A stretch of 64,000 nt of DNA from an uncultured Planctomycetaceae bacterium (GCA_963815195.1 CAWFGE010000007.1:64001-128000), one strand, 5' to 3'. Shown: positions 31,535-42,619, numbered from the stretch's first letter. Made by a program: numbers and translations. The notes: a model not told the origin generated them from the letters alone.

Positions 31535-34500
31535 TCACCCTGCCCAATTCTCACAGAGGGCTTCCGCCTGTTCCAACACGGTTTTGACCGCTTCGGCTTG
31601 CAGGTCCGGCGGGTAGCCGTATTTTCGCAGAATGCGGCGGACCATCACGCGAATTTTGGCTCTCGCGCTTTCGCGAACGGTCCAATCAATGGTGACCGAT
31701 TCGCGAACCTTGGTGACCAGCTCCGCAGCGATCACCTTCAAATCGTCGATGCCCATTGCTTCCACCGCGCTGTTATTCATCGCGAGGGCATCGTAAAACG
31801 CCAACTCGTCATCAGTTAGCCCCAAGTCTTCGCCGCGTTTGCTGGCTTCCCGCAGGTCTTTCGCCAGCTTGATGAGTTCGTTGATGATTTCCTGCGTCGC
31901 GATGGCCCGGTTGTGGTATTTGTTCATCGTGGCTTGGAGCATTTCGGAAAAAGCCCGCGATTGCACCACGTTCGTTTTGGATCGAGTTTTGATTTCAGCC
32001 TGCAAGAGTTTTCGCAGAAGTTCCGCGGCCACGTTCTTATGGTCGATTCCCCGCACTTCATCCAGAAACTCATCGGACAGAATCGAAATGTCCGGCTTCT
32101 TCAGGCCGGCGGCCGAGAAAACGTCGATCACTTCCCCAGGGGCGGCCACGGCTTTGGAAACCAACTGGCGCACCGCATGATCCAAGTTTTCCTCCGTGTG
32201 GTTTTCCCCCGATGGTTTGACCAAAGCGGCGCGAACGGCTTGGAAAAACGAAATATCATCCCGCAATGCGATCGCATCCTCATGGGCAGCACAGAGGGCA
32301 AACGCTTTCGAGAGATCCCCCACGGCTTTCCTGAACCGCCCCTTCCCGTCTTCCTGCGATAAAACATGCTCTTGCGCGGGGGGAATCAGGTTCAAGCGTT
32401 CGCTGGGGGTTCCCGTCAACCAGAGGGACCAATCGAAACCGTGCATGATGTCAGAGCAGATTTCGTGTTTCTCTTTCAAGGCGGCCACGGCTTCGGCCGT
32501 GTCGATGGTCGTCTGCCCTTTGCCCCCGCTTTCGGTGTAAACCGCGAGGGCGTGTTTCAGTTGATCGGCCAACCCCAAATAATCGACCACCAACCCGCCC
32601 GGCTTATCCTTGAACACCCGATTCACGCGGGCGATGGCTTGCATCAGCCCGTGGCCTCGCATGGGCTTGTCCACATACATCGTGTGCAGACAGGGGGCAT
32701 CGAAGCCGGTCAGCCACATATCCCGCACGATCACGATTCTGAAGGAATCCTTCGGATCCTTGAACCGGGTCGCCAGGGCCTTGCGGCGGGCTTTGTTGCG
32801 GATGTGCTGTTGCCAGGCGGGATCATCCGAAGCCGATCCCGTCATCACGATTTTGATTTCGCCGTTGGTGTCGTCTTCATCGTGCCAATCGGGACGTAAG
32901 GCGATGATTTCGTTGTAAAGATCAACGCAAATTCGGCGGCTCATGCAAACCACCATCGCCTTGCCTTCCATCGCTTCCGTGCGCCGCTCGAAGTGTTCCA
33001 CCAAATCCTTGGCAATCAGCTTGATGCGATGCTCATTCCCCACCAGGGCCTCGAGCGCGGCCCATTTGCTTTTGAGTTTTTCCTTGCATTCCGCTTCCTG
33101 CCCTTCGGTCAATTCCTCAAACTCATCGTCCAGCTTGGGCAGTTCCTTTTCCTTCAGCGTCAGCCGGGCGATTCGGCTTTCGTAATAGATGGGAACCGTC
33201 GCCTTGTCTTCCACGGCCCGCTGGATGTCATAAATCGAAACATAATCCCCGAACACGGCCCGCGTGTTGGCATCGGTCTTTTCGATCGGCGTTCCGGTGA
33301 AGCCGATGAAAGAGGCATTCGGCAAACCGTCCCGCATGTTCCGGGCCAAACCATCGACCAAATCATATTGGGAACGGTGGGCTTCATCGGCAATCACGAT
33401 GATGTTTTCCCGATCCGAGATCATCGGGAAGCGGCCCCCGCGTTCATCGGGCAGGAATTTTTGAATCGTCGTGAAAACCACTCCCCCGCTGGCCACGTTC
33501 AAGAGTTCCCGCAAATGCTTGACGGACTCGGCTTGAATCGGCTCTTGTCTCAGTAATTCATGGCAGCGCTGAAACTGCCCGAAAAGTTGATCGTCCAAAT
33601 CGTTCCGGTCGGTCAACACCACCAGCGTGGGATTGTTCATCGCGGGATGCAGAACGATTTGCCCCGCATAAAACAGCATCGAAAAACTTTTGCCCGATCC
33701 CTGGGTATGCCAAACCACGCCGCACCGCCGATCCCCCTGCTGGGCTGGAGGCTTTCACGGTGGCCTTCACCGCCTGTTGAACGGCGTGATATTGATGATA
33801 ACCCGCAAGAATCTTGTGGATCCGGTCGCTGTCCGTATCGGCTTCAAAAGCGATGAAATGCCGGAGGATTTTCAGCAACCGATCCTTGGCGAACACGCCG
33901 CGCACCAGGGTTTCCAATTCCAAGTTCGGGCCGGCGATTTCGTCCCCTTCGATGGTTCGCCAGGGCTTGAACCATTCCTTGTTGGCCGTCAACGAACCGA
34001 TGCGGGCGTAGGTTCCATCGGAAACCACCATCAACTCGTTGAAGTGAAACAGGGACGGGATTTGCTGTTTGTAGGTTTGCAGTTGGTTCCAGGCGGTCCA
34101 AATGGTCGCATTCTCATCGGCCGCGTTTTTCAGTTCGATCACGGCCAACGGCAAACCGTTCAGGAACACCACAACATCCGCCCGGCGGTTGTGCTGCCCT
34201 TCAATCACCGTGAACTGGTTCACGGCCAGCCAATCGTTGTTGTCGGGATGGTCGAAATCCACCAACCGCACCCGATCCCCGGCAATGGAACCATCGGCCC
34301 GGCGATACTCGATTTCCACGCCATCCCGCAACTGCCGATGAAACGTGCGGTTCTGCTCCACCAGCGAGGGCGATTCCGGCCGAAGCACTTTCCGCAAGGC
34401 TTCTTCGCGGGCTTCCGGGGGAATGCGCGGATTCAAGCGGTCGATCGCATCACGCAGCCGGCCCACCAAAACCACATCGCCAAAAGATTCCCGTTCCGCG

Positions 34501-34610
34501 GCCGGTTCTTCGGGGGCAATGTCGGAACCGTGCAACGTGGCGAACCCAAGTTCCCCCAACCATTCCAGCGTGGCGGCTTCCACATGGCTTTCAAAAAGTC
34601 CCGCGCTCAT
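31535..34610 (-). CDS. hsdR: Type I restriction endonuclease subunit R (frameshift near 33725)
   Basis: [59 protein letters not shown]. Confidence 0.95.
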
Positions 34611-34677
34611 GGCCTACTCTCATTCTGTGTTCGGTGGATTCCCAGCGTGCACCGACATTGTTGCCGTTCACCATTCT

Positions 34678-34935
34678 CGTTTCGTGATCGACAAACCAGC
34701 TTGACGATCACCGATGATCCACAAAACGGCTTGTCGATCAAAAATACCGTTTCGTGATCGACAAAGCATTTTGACGATCACCGATGATCCACAAAACGGC
34801 TTGTCGATCAAAAATACCGTTTCGTGATCGACAAAGCATTTTGACGATCACCGATGATCCACAAAACGGCTTGTCGATCAAAAATACCGTTTCGTGATCG
34901 ACAAAGCATTTTGACGATCAACCGTGATCGTCAAA
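34678..34935. repeat. 70-bp tandem repeat x3.5, each unit with two imperfect palindromes
   Basis: ttcgtgatcg recurs at 34681, 34751, 34821 and 34891. Units 2 and 3 are identical. Confidence 0.97.
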
Positions 34936-36074
34936 AAGCCTCCCTGCCTTCCGCAATGTTCAACAGTTCGGGAAATGCATAAATCGCGGCCCTTCGTCCG
35001 CTGGATTCCACCAGAGGCTTCAGCATCTCTTCTTCGCAAAGCAGCCGCAGGATGCGCCTCGCCGAGGGCGCGGGCATTCGAGAGTGGGCAATCAAATCGG
35101 ATGACTTGAAAATCGGCTGGTCGAACAGGAAATCCAATGCCGCGATCGCGTGTTGCGAATGCGTCACATCCACCATCCACTCTTTCTTGGCCGAATACAA
35201 CTCTAAAATCTGCCGGGCTTTCTCTTCGTTCTTCCCGGCTTGCTCCGTCAAGGCGGCCAGAAAGAACTGCGCACCAGCCCGTCCAATCATCATCGCGGGA
35301 CACCGCGAGCAGGCCGTCGAAGTATTCCTGCCGGTTGCGCTCGAGGTAATCGCTCACGTAGAAATTCGGCGTGTGGAGCAAGCCCCGCTCAAACAGGAAC
35401 AACGGAACCAGCATCCGCCCCATGCGGCCGTTGCCATCCAGAAACGGATGCAGAGACTCAAACTCCGCATGCACGATCGCCAACTGAACCAAGGCGTCCG
35501 GCTCCTTGGAATGCAGATACTTTTCCCATTGGCTCATCGCATCGGCAAGGCGTTCCGGGGCGATCGGTTCAAACCGGGCTTCTTCAATCGGGCGATTCGG
35601 GTTGCCGATGTAATTCTGAATGGTTCGATACTTGCCCCGCGCCTTGTCGTGGCCGCGCACGCCGGAAAGCAACGTGGCGTGGGCTTGCTTGATGACCCGC
35701 CCGCAAAGCGGCAGTTTGTCCAAAGCCTGAACCGCCTCGCGAATCGCCCGGCGGTAGTTGAGCACTTCCACAATATCTTCGGCCTTCGCGGGATCGGCGG
35801 TTTCCTTGCCGGCCTCATATTCCAAGACTTCCCCCATCGTGGCGTAGGTCCCCTCGATTCGCGAAGACAACACCGCTTCCTGCGTCGTCAACGGCGAGAG
35901 CAAAATGTTCGCATTCGGAATCGCGGAGAGAAGCCCATCATACCGGGCGAGCGCAGCGGCGGCGGGACCGATCAACGGAACCAACCGGGACCAGTCGATC
36001 TTCTGGGGCGGAAATTTTCCGATGTGATAACGGACCGGCCTCGATGTCCGCTGGGTCGCATTCTTCTTCGCCAT
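34931..36074 (-). CDS. Fic-family protein with C-terminal wHTH (frameshift near 35265)
   Basis: HPFLDGNGRMGR active-site motif and an N-terminal SSRIEG inhibitory-type motif. Confidence 0.92.
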
Positions 36075-36093
36075 CACATTTGATCTTTCAATC

Positions 36094-36360
36094 TCATCGG
36101 CTCGCGGTTTTTGGAAACCCAATCGTCGAATCCAGCCGGTTGAGCATCTTGAAATCAAACGAACGATCGATACGGTCCACGGCGTCGATCTGCCGTTGCT
36201 TGGGCATCGAGAACTCGGCCACCCACCATCCCGGTTCGCCCTCCTTGGCGAAGACTCGCACGCTTTCCCGGTTGTCCGTCAATCCCATCGCGACGCAGTG
36301 CAGGTCTCTTTCGGATTCTTCCGCTTCTTCATCAAATAGCACTTCCAACCTGACGTTCAT
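36094..36360 (-). CDS. Hypothetical protein
   Basis: RBS aaggag before MNVRLEV; co-oriented in the operon. Confidence 0.6.
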   Translation of the reverse strand: MNVRLEVLFDEEAEESERDLHCVAMGLTDNRESVRVFAKEGEPGWWVAEFSMPKQRQIDAVDRIDRSFDFKMLNRLDSTIGFPKTASR

Positions 36361-36406
36361 GGCGTTCTCCTTCGCGTTACATTCTGAATAAATCCGTGAA
36401 ATCCGA

Positions 36407-36709
36407 TCACTCCGCATAAGCCTTGGCCCGCAAAGCCTTGATTCGTTCGTGCAGCGTCTGCATCGCTTCATATCCCGGTCCCCATTGGTCCGGGTACTCT
36501 CCAGCATCTCGTAAAGCCATCGCGGTCACATCTTCGAGGCAGTCCAAATCCCAGCGGTGGAAACCGATGGGCCGCGTTCCCTGGTAATTCTCAATCCGGT
36601 CGTCCAACCCGAAGGCATCGGCCATCTGCCAGGTGAACTTCTTCAATTCCTCCAACTCCCGCCCGCTGATGCGGAGGGAATACTTCTTGTCGCCCGATCC
36701 TGATTTCAT
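36407..36709 (-). CDS. Hypothetical protein
   Basis: RBS aaggag before MKSGSG; co-oriented in the operon. Confidence 0.6.
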   Translation of the reverse strand: MKSGSGDKKYSLRISGRELEELKKFTWQMADAFGLDDRIENYQGTRPIGFHRWDLDCLEDVTAMALRDAGEYPDQWGPGYEAMQTLHERIKALRAKAYAE

Positions 36710-36827
36710 TCGATCACTCCTTCCTGAGATTTGGCGAACCTGCCGGAACATCCTCGTGTCCTATTCTTTACAAACTAACATGATAACATGAACAGGTGGT
36801 CCGAAGCGAGAATCCTTGCATTTTCAA

Positions 36828-36856
36828 TTGACTTGGACCGATCCTGAACCGATAAT
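36828..36856 (+). promoter_or_regulatory. Sigma70-like promoter facing the DUF3800 gene end
   Basis: ttgact-N17-gataat. Confidence 0.65.
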
Positions 36857-36862
36857 TCCTTT

Positions 36863-36918
36863 GGAGGCTCGGCCTAGGAGCGACTTTCGGGTGGCTCCAA
36901 CGGCATTGCCTCTTTTTT
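36863..36918 (+). ncRNA. Candidate DUF3800-associated small RNA
   Basis: Nested stems GGAGGC/GCCUCU, GCC/GGC, GGAGC/GCUCC and ACU-UUCG-GGU, ending in a U run. It starts 6 nt after the -10 box. Confidence 0.6.
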
Positions 36919-36925
36919 CATGCGC

Positions 36926-37805
36926 TCACCTCGCCGAATAGGGATCGGGCACATACACAATGCCGAAGGTGTTAAATACGTTGCCTTCGTGATGAGCTTG
37001 CCCCCGGAATTGAAGTTGATTCAGCCACGGCCCGAAAGTCTCGGCAATCTCGTCCCGCTTCTCCGCATCCATGCCTTTCGCCCGCAAGCGGAACCCCCAA
37101 TTCACGCAATAAATGCACAAGTCGGCGGCTTGAACCGCATAGGTCATATCGGACGAAACAAAAAACGGCGTCGGGACAATCCAACTGGTTCGGTAACGTC
37201 CATTGTCGGTTTTTGTGAAATACCGTTCCATGCGACGAACAAACCGGCGGTCTTCGGCCTTATCCACTTCGTCCATTACCAAAATGCCGTGTTCTTGCTT
37301 TTCCTCCAGCACATAAAAAAATCGCTCGAACAGAAACACCTGATCTTTTCGCAGGTATTCCACCGCTGCGTTCGTCTCTGGCTTTTTCACGTCGCGGGGA
37401 ATCGCCGCCGCGAACAGTTTGGCCCCGTGGTCGCGGAGCAATTCAAAAATCCCCTTCGCCATTTCCAAGCAGGCTTGACCGTATGCCGTGAACTCGTCGC
37501 GGAACGGGGATTTCTTCTCCAAGCCCTTCGTCAGAAATCCCCGACAATGCTTCCGCCGGGCTTCGTCCGGCATGGGATCGGCTTGCCTGGCGAACCGGAA
37601 TCGCTTTTTGTCTAACAGCGTGCTGCCCTTGATTTCTTTCTGGTACAAACTCAACTCCGCTCCGAAGCAATCGAGTTCCAATCGCTGCACGGCTTGGATG
37701 AACGGCCAAAGCTTGGCTGGCATGAATCGCCACGCCGCCGCGAACTTCATAGGGCATCTGCCTGTGATCGTGGCCGCTCTCATCCAGGAAAAGCATCCAA
37801 CTCAT
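36926..37805 (-). CDS. DUF3800-family (RNase H-like) protein (frameshift near 37715)
   Basis: MLFLDESG N-terminus, EIKG, LVMDE, and the C-terminal motif VQAADLCIY. Confidence 0.85.
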
Positions 37806-39169
37806 CAGACCAGCCTTTCGGCAATCGTCTCGGCTTCAGAAACGCGAATTTCCCCAGAGAGAAGCTTGGGAAGCAACGTGTCACGAATTTTTTCAAGGCA
37901 GTGATTTTGGCTAATGGATTGCTCACATCTTTCGTGTACATCTCGGGCAAAGGATTCGAACCGTTCCACCAACTTTTTGGGCGGTACTACGATTTCGGGC
38001 TTCTGGAGGGCATCTTGGGGGAGCATGTTTACGGTTGTGCCGTTTCCATAACCGCTCACGATTTGATGCATTTGCGTTGAATTAAAGAGATACGAGATGT
38101 AATAGGGCATCAGGCAGGCGTTAGGTTTTGGGCGGACACGGTATAGATGGTGGCTGAAAAGTCCGAACTCGCCAAATCGTTTCGGGACCACAGCGGAATA
38201 GCCGAGGAGAAGGCAATCATGCCCTTGTTCTGTGTTGGTTACGATCACGTCTCCCGGTTTGATGATGTGCCGATCTTTGTACTCACCGAGATAGTATTTC
38301 ATCCCCTCATGCTTGTAGCCCCCTCCCTCATAAACTGAATTTAGGTTGTGAAGTGGCACGCCCGCATCCGATAGGCCGGAACCCTTGTAGCTCAATCCTT
38401 TTTTGGCATCGATTTGCTGTTTCATTGCCGACACACTCCAACCCCGTGGCGTGTGGCCGAGTTCGGTTTCTTCCATCGAATCCGGGAACAAAGCGGCGGT
38501 GGCTTCGTCCATGCCGATGGGTTGCCGGCCATCCATCTTGGCCCGCACGGGGTCGAAGTCCACAAACCAACTCTTGAAGATCGCCCGCGACATCGCTTCC
38601 AGCGTCTCATTCATCCGCCGGTTGAGTTCGATCTTGTCGTCTAATGCTCCGAGAATATGGGCGATGGCTTTTTGTTCGCGTGGTGGAAGCAGTGTGATCC
38701 TCAGGCGACGCTGATCGGTAAGGCTAAGATAGGGGGCCATATCGGTTGATGCTTTCATTCCTGAAAGCTGGCGTTCAAATTCCCTGCCTTGAGACCAATA
38801 TCGGAGGAATCCGCTCGACAGTTTCTCTTCATCCAGTGTTCGCCAAAAACTCAAATGTGGCGAGTAAACGAAAGGCGGCATCCGAGTTGTAACGAAGGAG
38901 GTGCGGCCTGTGCTGTTCCCCTTCGTTGTGACGATGGTGTCACCGGGACGTGCCATCTTGTTTTGAAGTTTCCCCTCAAGTTTCGCATGAAAACGGTCAA
39001 CCCCCTCGAAATCAATGTGGGTGTCAGAAACATGACCGGCACGAAGAAAAATTACGCCATCCCCTCCAAGTTCCCGATTCTTTGCACGGTAGCCATCACC
39101 GATTTCAAGTACCCTTCGGTCGATCAATTCTTGAAAACTTGTTGAGACAAAACCATTCTCACTCCCCAT
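37805..39169 (-). CDS. hsdS: Type I R-M specificity subunit
   Basis: [44 protein letters not shown] and [15 protein letters not shown], with two lower-GC target recognition domains. Confidence 0.95.
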   Translation of the reverse strand: MGSENGFVSTSFQELIDRRVLEIGDGYRAKNRELGGDGVIFLRAGHVSDTHIDFEGVDRFHAKLEGKLQNKMARPGDTIVTTKGNSTGRTSFVTTRMPPFVYSPHLSFWRTLDEEKLSSGFLRYWSQGREFERQLSGMKASTDMAPYLSLTDQRRLRITLLPPREQKAIAHILGALDDKIELNRRMNETLEAMSRAIFKSWFVDFDPVRAKMDGRQPIGMDEATAALFPDSMEETELGHTPRGWSVSAMKQQIDAKKGLSYKGSGLSDAGVPLHNLNSVYEGGGYKHEGMKYYLGEYKDRHIIKPGDVIVTNTEQGHDCLLLGYSAVVPKRFGEFGLFSHHLYRVRPKPNACLMPYYISYLFNSTQMHQIVSGYGNGTTVNMLPQDALQKPEIVVPPKKLVERFESFARDVHERCEQSISQNHCLEKIRDTLLPKLLSGEIRVSEAETIAERLV

Positions 39170-40736
39170 AGCCCAAGCCCTCCAAGTTTGAGCGAATGGC
39201 GGCTTCGAGTTTCGCCGATTCCGCGAACTGCTCATTCAGTGTCGTCACCAAGCGTTGCATCTTGTCTTCAAAGGGTTCATCGTCTTCTTCGAGTTCTTCG
39301 GCTCCCACATAGCGGCCCGGCGTGAGAACGTAGCCGTGCTTGGCGATGTCTTCCTTCGTGGCCGATTTGCAGAAACCGGGGATGTCTTCGTAACCAGGGG
39401 GCTTACGCCCCCCGCTCGCCTTGTCCCCACGCCAGGCATGGTAAGTATTGGCCAGCTTGAGAATTTCCTCATCGGTCAATTCGCGATGCACGCGGTCGAT
39501 GAGTTTCCCCAACTTGCGGGCATCCAGAAATAAGGTTTCGCCCCGCCGATCCCGCCGTTTGCCATCGTTTTTGTTTCGCGTGAGGAACCACAGGCAAACC
39601 GGAATTTGCGTGGAGTAGAACAACTGGCCGGGCAGGGCGACCATGCAATCCACGAGGTCGGCTTCCACCATCGCTTTGCGGATCTCGCCTTCGCCGGATT
39701 GGTTGGAACTCATCGAACCATTCGCCAGTACAAAGCCCGCAAAGCCGGCGGGGGCCAAATGGTGGATGAAATGTTGCACCCAGGCAAAGTTTGCGTTCCC
39801 CTTGGGCGGGATGCCGAACTTCCACCGCACATCCTCTTCATTGCGGATCCAATCGCTGTCATTGAACGGAGGATTCGCCAGCACAAAATCGGCTTTCAAA
39901 TCCTTGTGCAAATCGCGGCGGAAGGTGTCGGCGTGTTCGGGGCCGATGTTTCCATCAATCCCCCGAATCGCCAGATTCATAATCGCCAGCCGGCGGGTGG
40001 TGGGGTTGGACTCTTGCCCGTAAATCGCGATGTCGCCGATCTTCCCCCCGTGGGCTTCCACGAACTTTTCCGATTGCACGAACATCCCGCCCGATCCGCA
40101 ACAGGGATCGTACACCCGGCCTTTGTAGGGGGCCAGCATTTCCACCAACACGCGAACCACGCAGCGCGGCGTGTAGAACTGCCCGCCCTTTTTGCCTTCG
40201 GCGCTCGCGAACTGAGACAGGAAGTATTCGTAAACCCGGCCCAAAACATCCTTGGAACGGTTCTCCGCATCCCCCAGGCCGATGGTTCCAATCAGGTCGA
40301 TCAATTCTCCCAAGCGGTGCTTGTCGAGGGCAGGCCGGGCGAAATCCTTGGGCAGCGTCCCTTTCAGGCTTTTGTTGTCCCGTTCGATGGCGACCATCGC
40401 ATCGTCGATCAATTTCCCGATGTCCGGCTGTTTGGCCTTCGATTGCAGAAACGGCCAGCGGGCTTCCTTGGGAACCCAAAACACATGCTCGGCCCGGTAT
40501 TCATCGGGATCTTCGGGATCGGCCCCTTCCTCCATTTCCGCCAAAAGGGCCTGATGCCTTTCCTCAAACGCATCGGAAATGTACTTCAGGAAGATCAGCC
40601 CCAAAACCACATGCTTGTATTCGGCGGCATCCATGTTGTTCCGCAGCTTGTCCGCCGCGGCCCACATTTTGGCCTCAAACCCAAGATTCGCCCCATTGCC
40701 GTTGGATTCCTTTTTCTTCGCCTTGCGCTTTGCCAT
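39159..40736 (-). CDS. hsdM: Type I R-M N6-adenine methyltransferase
   Basis: [29 protein letters not shown]. Confidence 0.96.
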   Translation of the reverse strand: MAKRKAKKKESNGNGANLGFEAKMWAAADKLRNNMDAAEYKHVVLGLIFLKYISDAFEERHQALLAEMEEGADPEDPDEYRAEHVFWVPKEARWPFLQSKAKQPDIGKLIDDAMVAIERDNKSLKGTLPKDFARPALDKHRLGELIDLIGTIGLGDAENRSKDVLGRVYEYFLSQFASAEGKKGGQFYTPRCVVRVLVEMLAPYKGRVYDPCCGSGGMFVQSEKFVEAHGGKIGDIAIYGQESNPTTRRLAIMNLAIRGIDGNIGPEHADTFRRDLHKDLKADFVLANPPFNDSDWIRNEEDVRWKFGIPPKGNANFAWVQHFIHHLAPAGFAGFVLANGSMSSNQSGEGEIRKAMVEADLVDCMVALPGQLFYSTQIPVCLWFLTRNKNDGKRRDRRGETLFLDARKLGKLIDRVHRELTDEEILKLANTYHAWRGDKASGGRKPPGYEDIPGFCKSATKEDIAKHGYVLTPGRYVGAEELEEDDEPFEDKMQRLVTTLNEQFAESAKLEAAIRSNLEGLGYGE

Positions 40737-40832
40737 CAGGTCCCGATCACTTCTGAGATTGTCGATCAAAGTTGAAATGCGATTCTAACCGGCAAGGAAA
40801 CCGGATTCCAACACCGTTGCGTTTCAGCCGCG

Positions 40833-41040
40833 GGACAGTCCATCAACCGCACGGGAAGGGCTGCGGTTGTCGCGTTATCGACAGGCGGAGGGACCCGCCT
40901 ACGGCGTAAATCAGCCGCTCGCCGGTCCTTAAAATCCAACAGCCGAAACTCGTTCCGTGGGCGTTGGTTGGTTTTCACCAACCGCATTTGCCCCGCCCGC
41001 TTCTTTTTCAGCCGGTTCAAGGCTTTCTCGGCTTCTTCCC
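40833..41040 (-). pseudogene. Rearranged fragments of a second DUF3987 gene
   Basis: 40920-41040 resembles 28031-28150, and ~40840-40882 resembles ~28951-28994. Confidence 0.75.
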
Positions 41041-41380
41041 CGCTCGTGATAACGGGGGGAGAACCGTATCAGTTTCCATCGGCATCAGGAACAGAAATCG
41101 GTGAAAACCCGGCCATCAAAGCGGATCGGTGGGAAAATGCGAAATGTGCGGCCGGTGGGATTGTGCGGATTGCATCGGGCAGATACTCGAAGACGGATAG
41201 CGAAAGGGGATTGTCCGCAGTTCAAAAATGGGAACGCCGCGGTACTCACGATGGTGCAGCATGTCGCCTGATGGATGAGATTCGACACAACCCGGAGTAT
41301 TGGCAAAAGCGGTTTCGATCAATGGCGCGACGAGTTTCGTCCCCAGAAGAATCGGCTACGACATAGTAATTCCTTTGACA

Positions 41381-41409
41381 CCCGTTGGTTTGACCCAGCG
41401 GGTTTTTTT
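41381..41409 (+). terminator. Intrinsic terminator-like hairpin
   Basis: cccgttgg-tttgac-ccagcggg followed by a T run. Confidence 0.55.
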
Positions 41410-41952
41410 ATGTCAAGGATTTGTGATTGGTGATCCGTCGGCGGGTGCCAAAACCAAAACTTCTTAATTCAAAACCCTTCAAAAAATCTGCGCAGCTGCC
41501 GTGCGGTATCCGGGCCAACAGCCCGAAGCGATTTTGCCCCCCCCCCCCGGTCGAACCGTGGCTAGAATGCCGGCCCGCAGAGACCACCGCGCGGCAGGAT
41601 TTCATCTCATGGACGATTTCCGCGCCGTTGAAACAAACTCTCTCTTTTATGCCGGGTCTTTACCACGCCCCGCCGATCGCACCGATGTTGGGGAAGAACC
41701 TAGGCGCATCAGGTCGGCTTCGCGGATGCTTCGATCATCGCCAGGATTCCCGCTTTGATGGCATCGGGCAGCGTCGGCCAGGCGCTCGATCAAACGGGCC
41801 AAACCGGGATCGACCGGGCCGGCTTCGGAGTCAATCGCTGGCAATGGTTCGCAGGAAGAATCAGGGGTTGCAGGTACAAACAACGGTGCAAACTTTTTCG
41901 CGCCTGTTGCGGAACCCTCTTGCCCACAACCGTTTGCGTCGTTGTCCCCGTT

Positions 41953-41996
41953 CACTCGTAATGCGTAGGTCGGGAGTTCGAGTCTCCCCGGCGGCT
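41953..41996 (+). other. attR: displaced tRNA-Thr 3' half
   Basis: cactcgtaatgcgtaggtcgggagttcgagtctccccggcggct. Confidence 0.93.
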
Positions 41997-42014
41997 CCTT
42001 CTGCAAACTCATTC

Positions 42015-42060
42015 AAACCGCCGCAAACCCCTTCAAAACTAGGCGTTTGCGGCGGTTTTT
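42015..42060 (+). terminator. Terminator-like hairpin after attR (likely the original tRNA terminator)
   Basis: aaaccgccgcaaac...gtttgcggcggttttt. Confidence 0.65.
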
Positions 42061-42619
42061 GCTTTCCGCTTCCCAGGCATCGGAATCGTCGGGCGTGCCT
42101 TCCGCCGCAAACTTCGTCAAGGCGTCGGCGAGGGTCGTCTGCGGGGTCGCTGAACATCCACCGGGCTCTTCCGCGCTCGGGGGATTGGCGGGGAGTTGCG
42201 TGGTCGTCATCGTGGGGATTGCTCGACAGAGAAAACCCCGCCCCGGTGGGGGGGTGGGCGTCGGTCGGTGGGCTACTTCAGGAGGTCCTCGACCGTTTCC
42301 CGAAGGCGGATCCTCAGGGATTCAGCCTTTTCGGCCCAGGCCACGATTTGCAGGAATTCTCGTTTCTCGGCTCCGGGGAGTTTGGCGACGGCAACACGAG
42401 GGCGGTTGTCTCTTCGCTTTGAGGCTTGGCTGTCGGAATCGCGGATGCTTTTGGGATACGGAGGCCTATGGCGGATCCGGTTTCTTATGGGCCGGTTTGC
42501 GGGTATCTTGACGGATCGTTGTTTCACGCCGAGTCGTCAGCGCGTGATCGCAAACCGGATTCCAAGCCGTTTTCGTCGGCAATGGAGTCGTCCTTATCGA
42601 TTGAACAAGGATCAACAGC

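Larger units (their letters stand above)
25818..41996. mobile_element. ~16.1 kb integrative element (satellite/PICI-like) in tRNA-Thr
   Basis: The tRNA 3' half is repeated at 41953-41996, with a 19-bp identical core cactcgtaatgcgtaggtc. The integrase lies next to attL. Confidence 0.92.

Noticed and set aside
34678..34935. CRISPR array
   Set aside because: The units are identical end to end with no unique spacers, and no cas genes are in the window.
40968..41366. Coding gene before the 41381 terminator
   Set aside because: The 5' part is antisense to the DUF3987 relic and the rest is unrecognisable. It may be a gene fragment.
41537..41548. Poly-C phase-variation tract
   Set aside because: It is not in a supported gene or promoter, and homopolymer length is unreliable in this assembly.
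41953..41996. Second tRNA gene
   Set aside because: Only the 3' half is present; it is attR.
25818..41996. Complete prophage or conjugative element
   Set aside because: No capsid, tail, terminase, relaxase or type IV secretion genes are visible.
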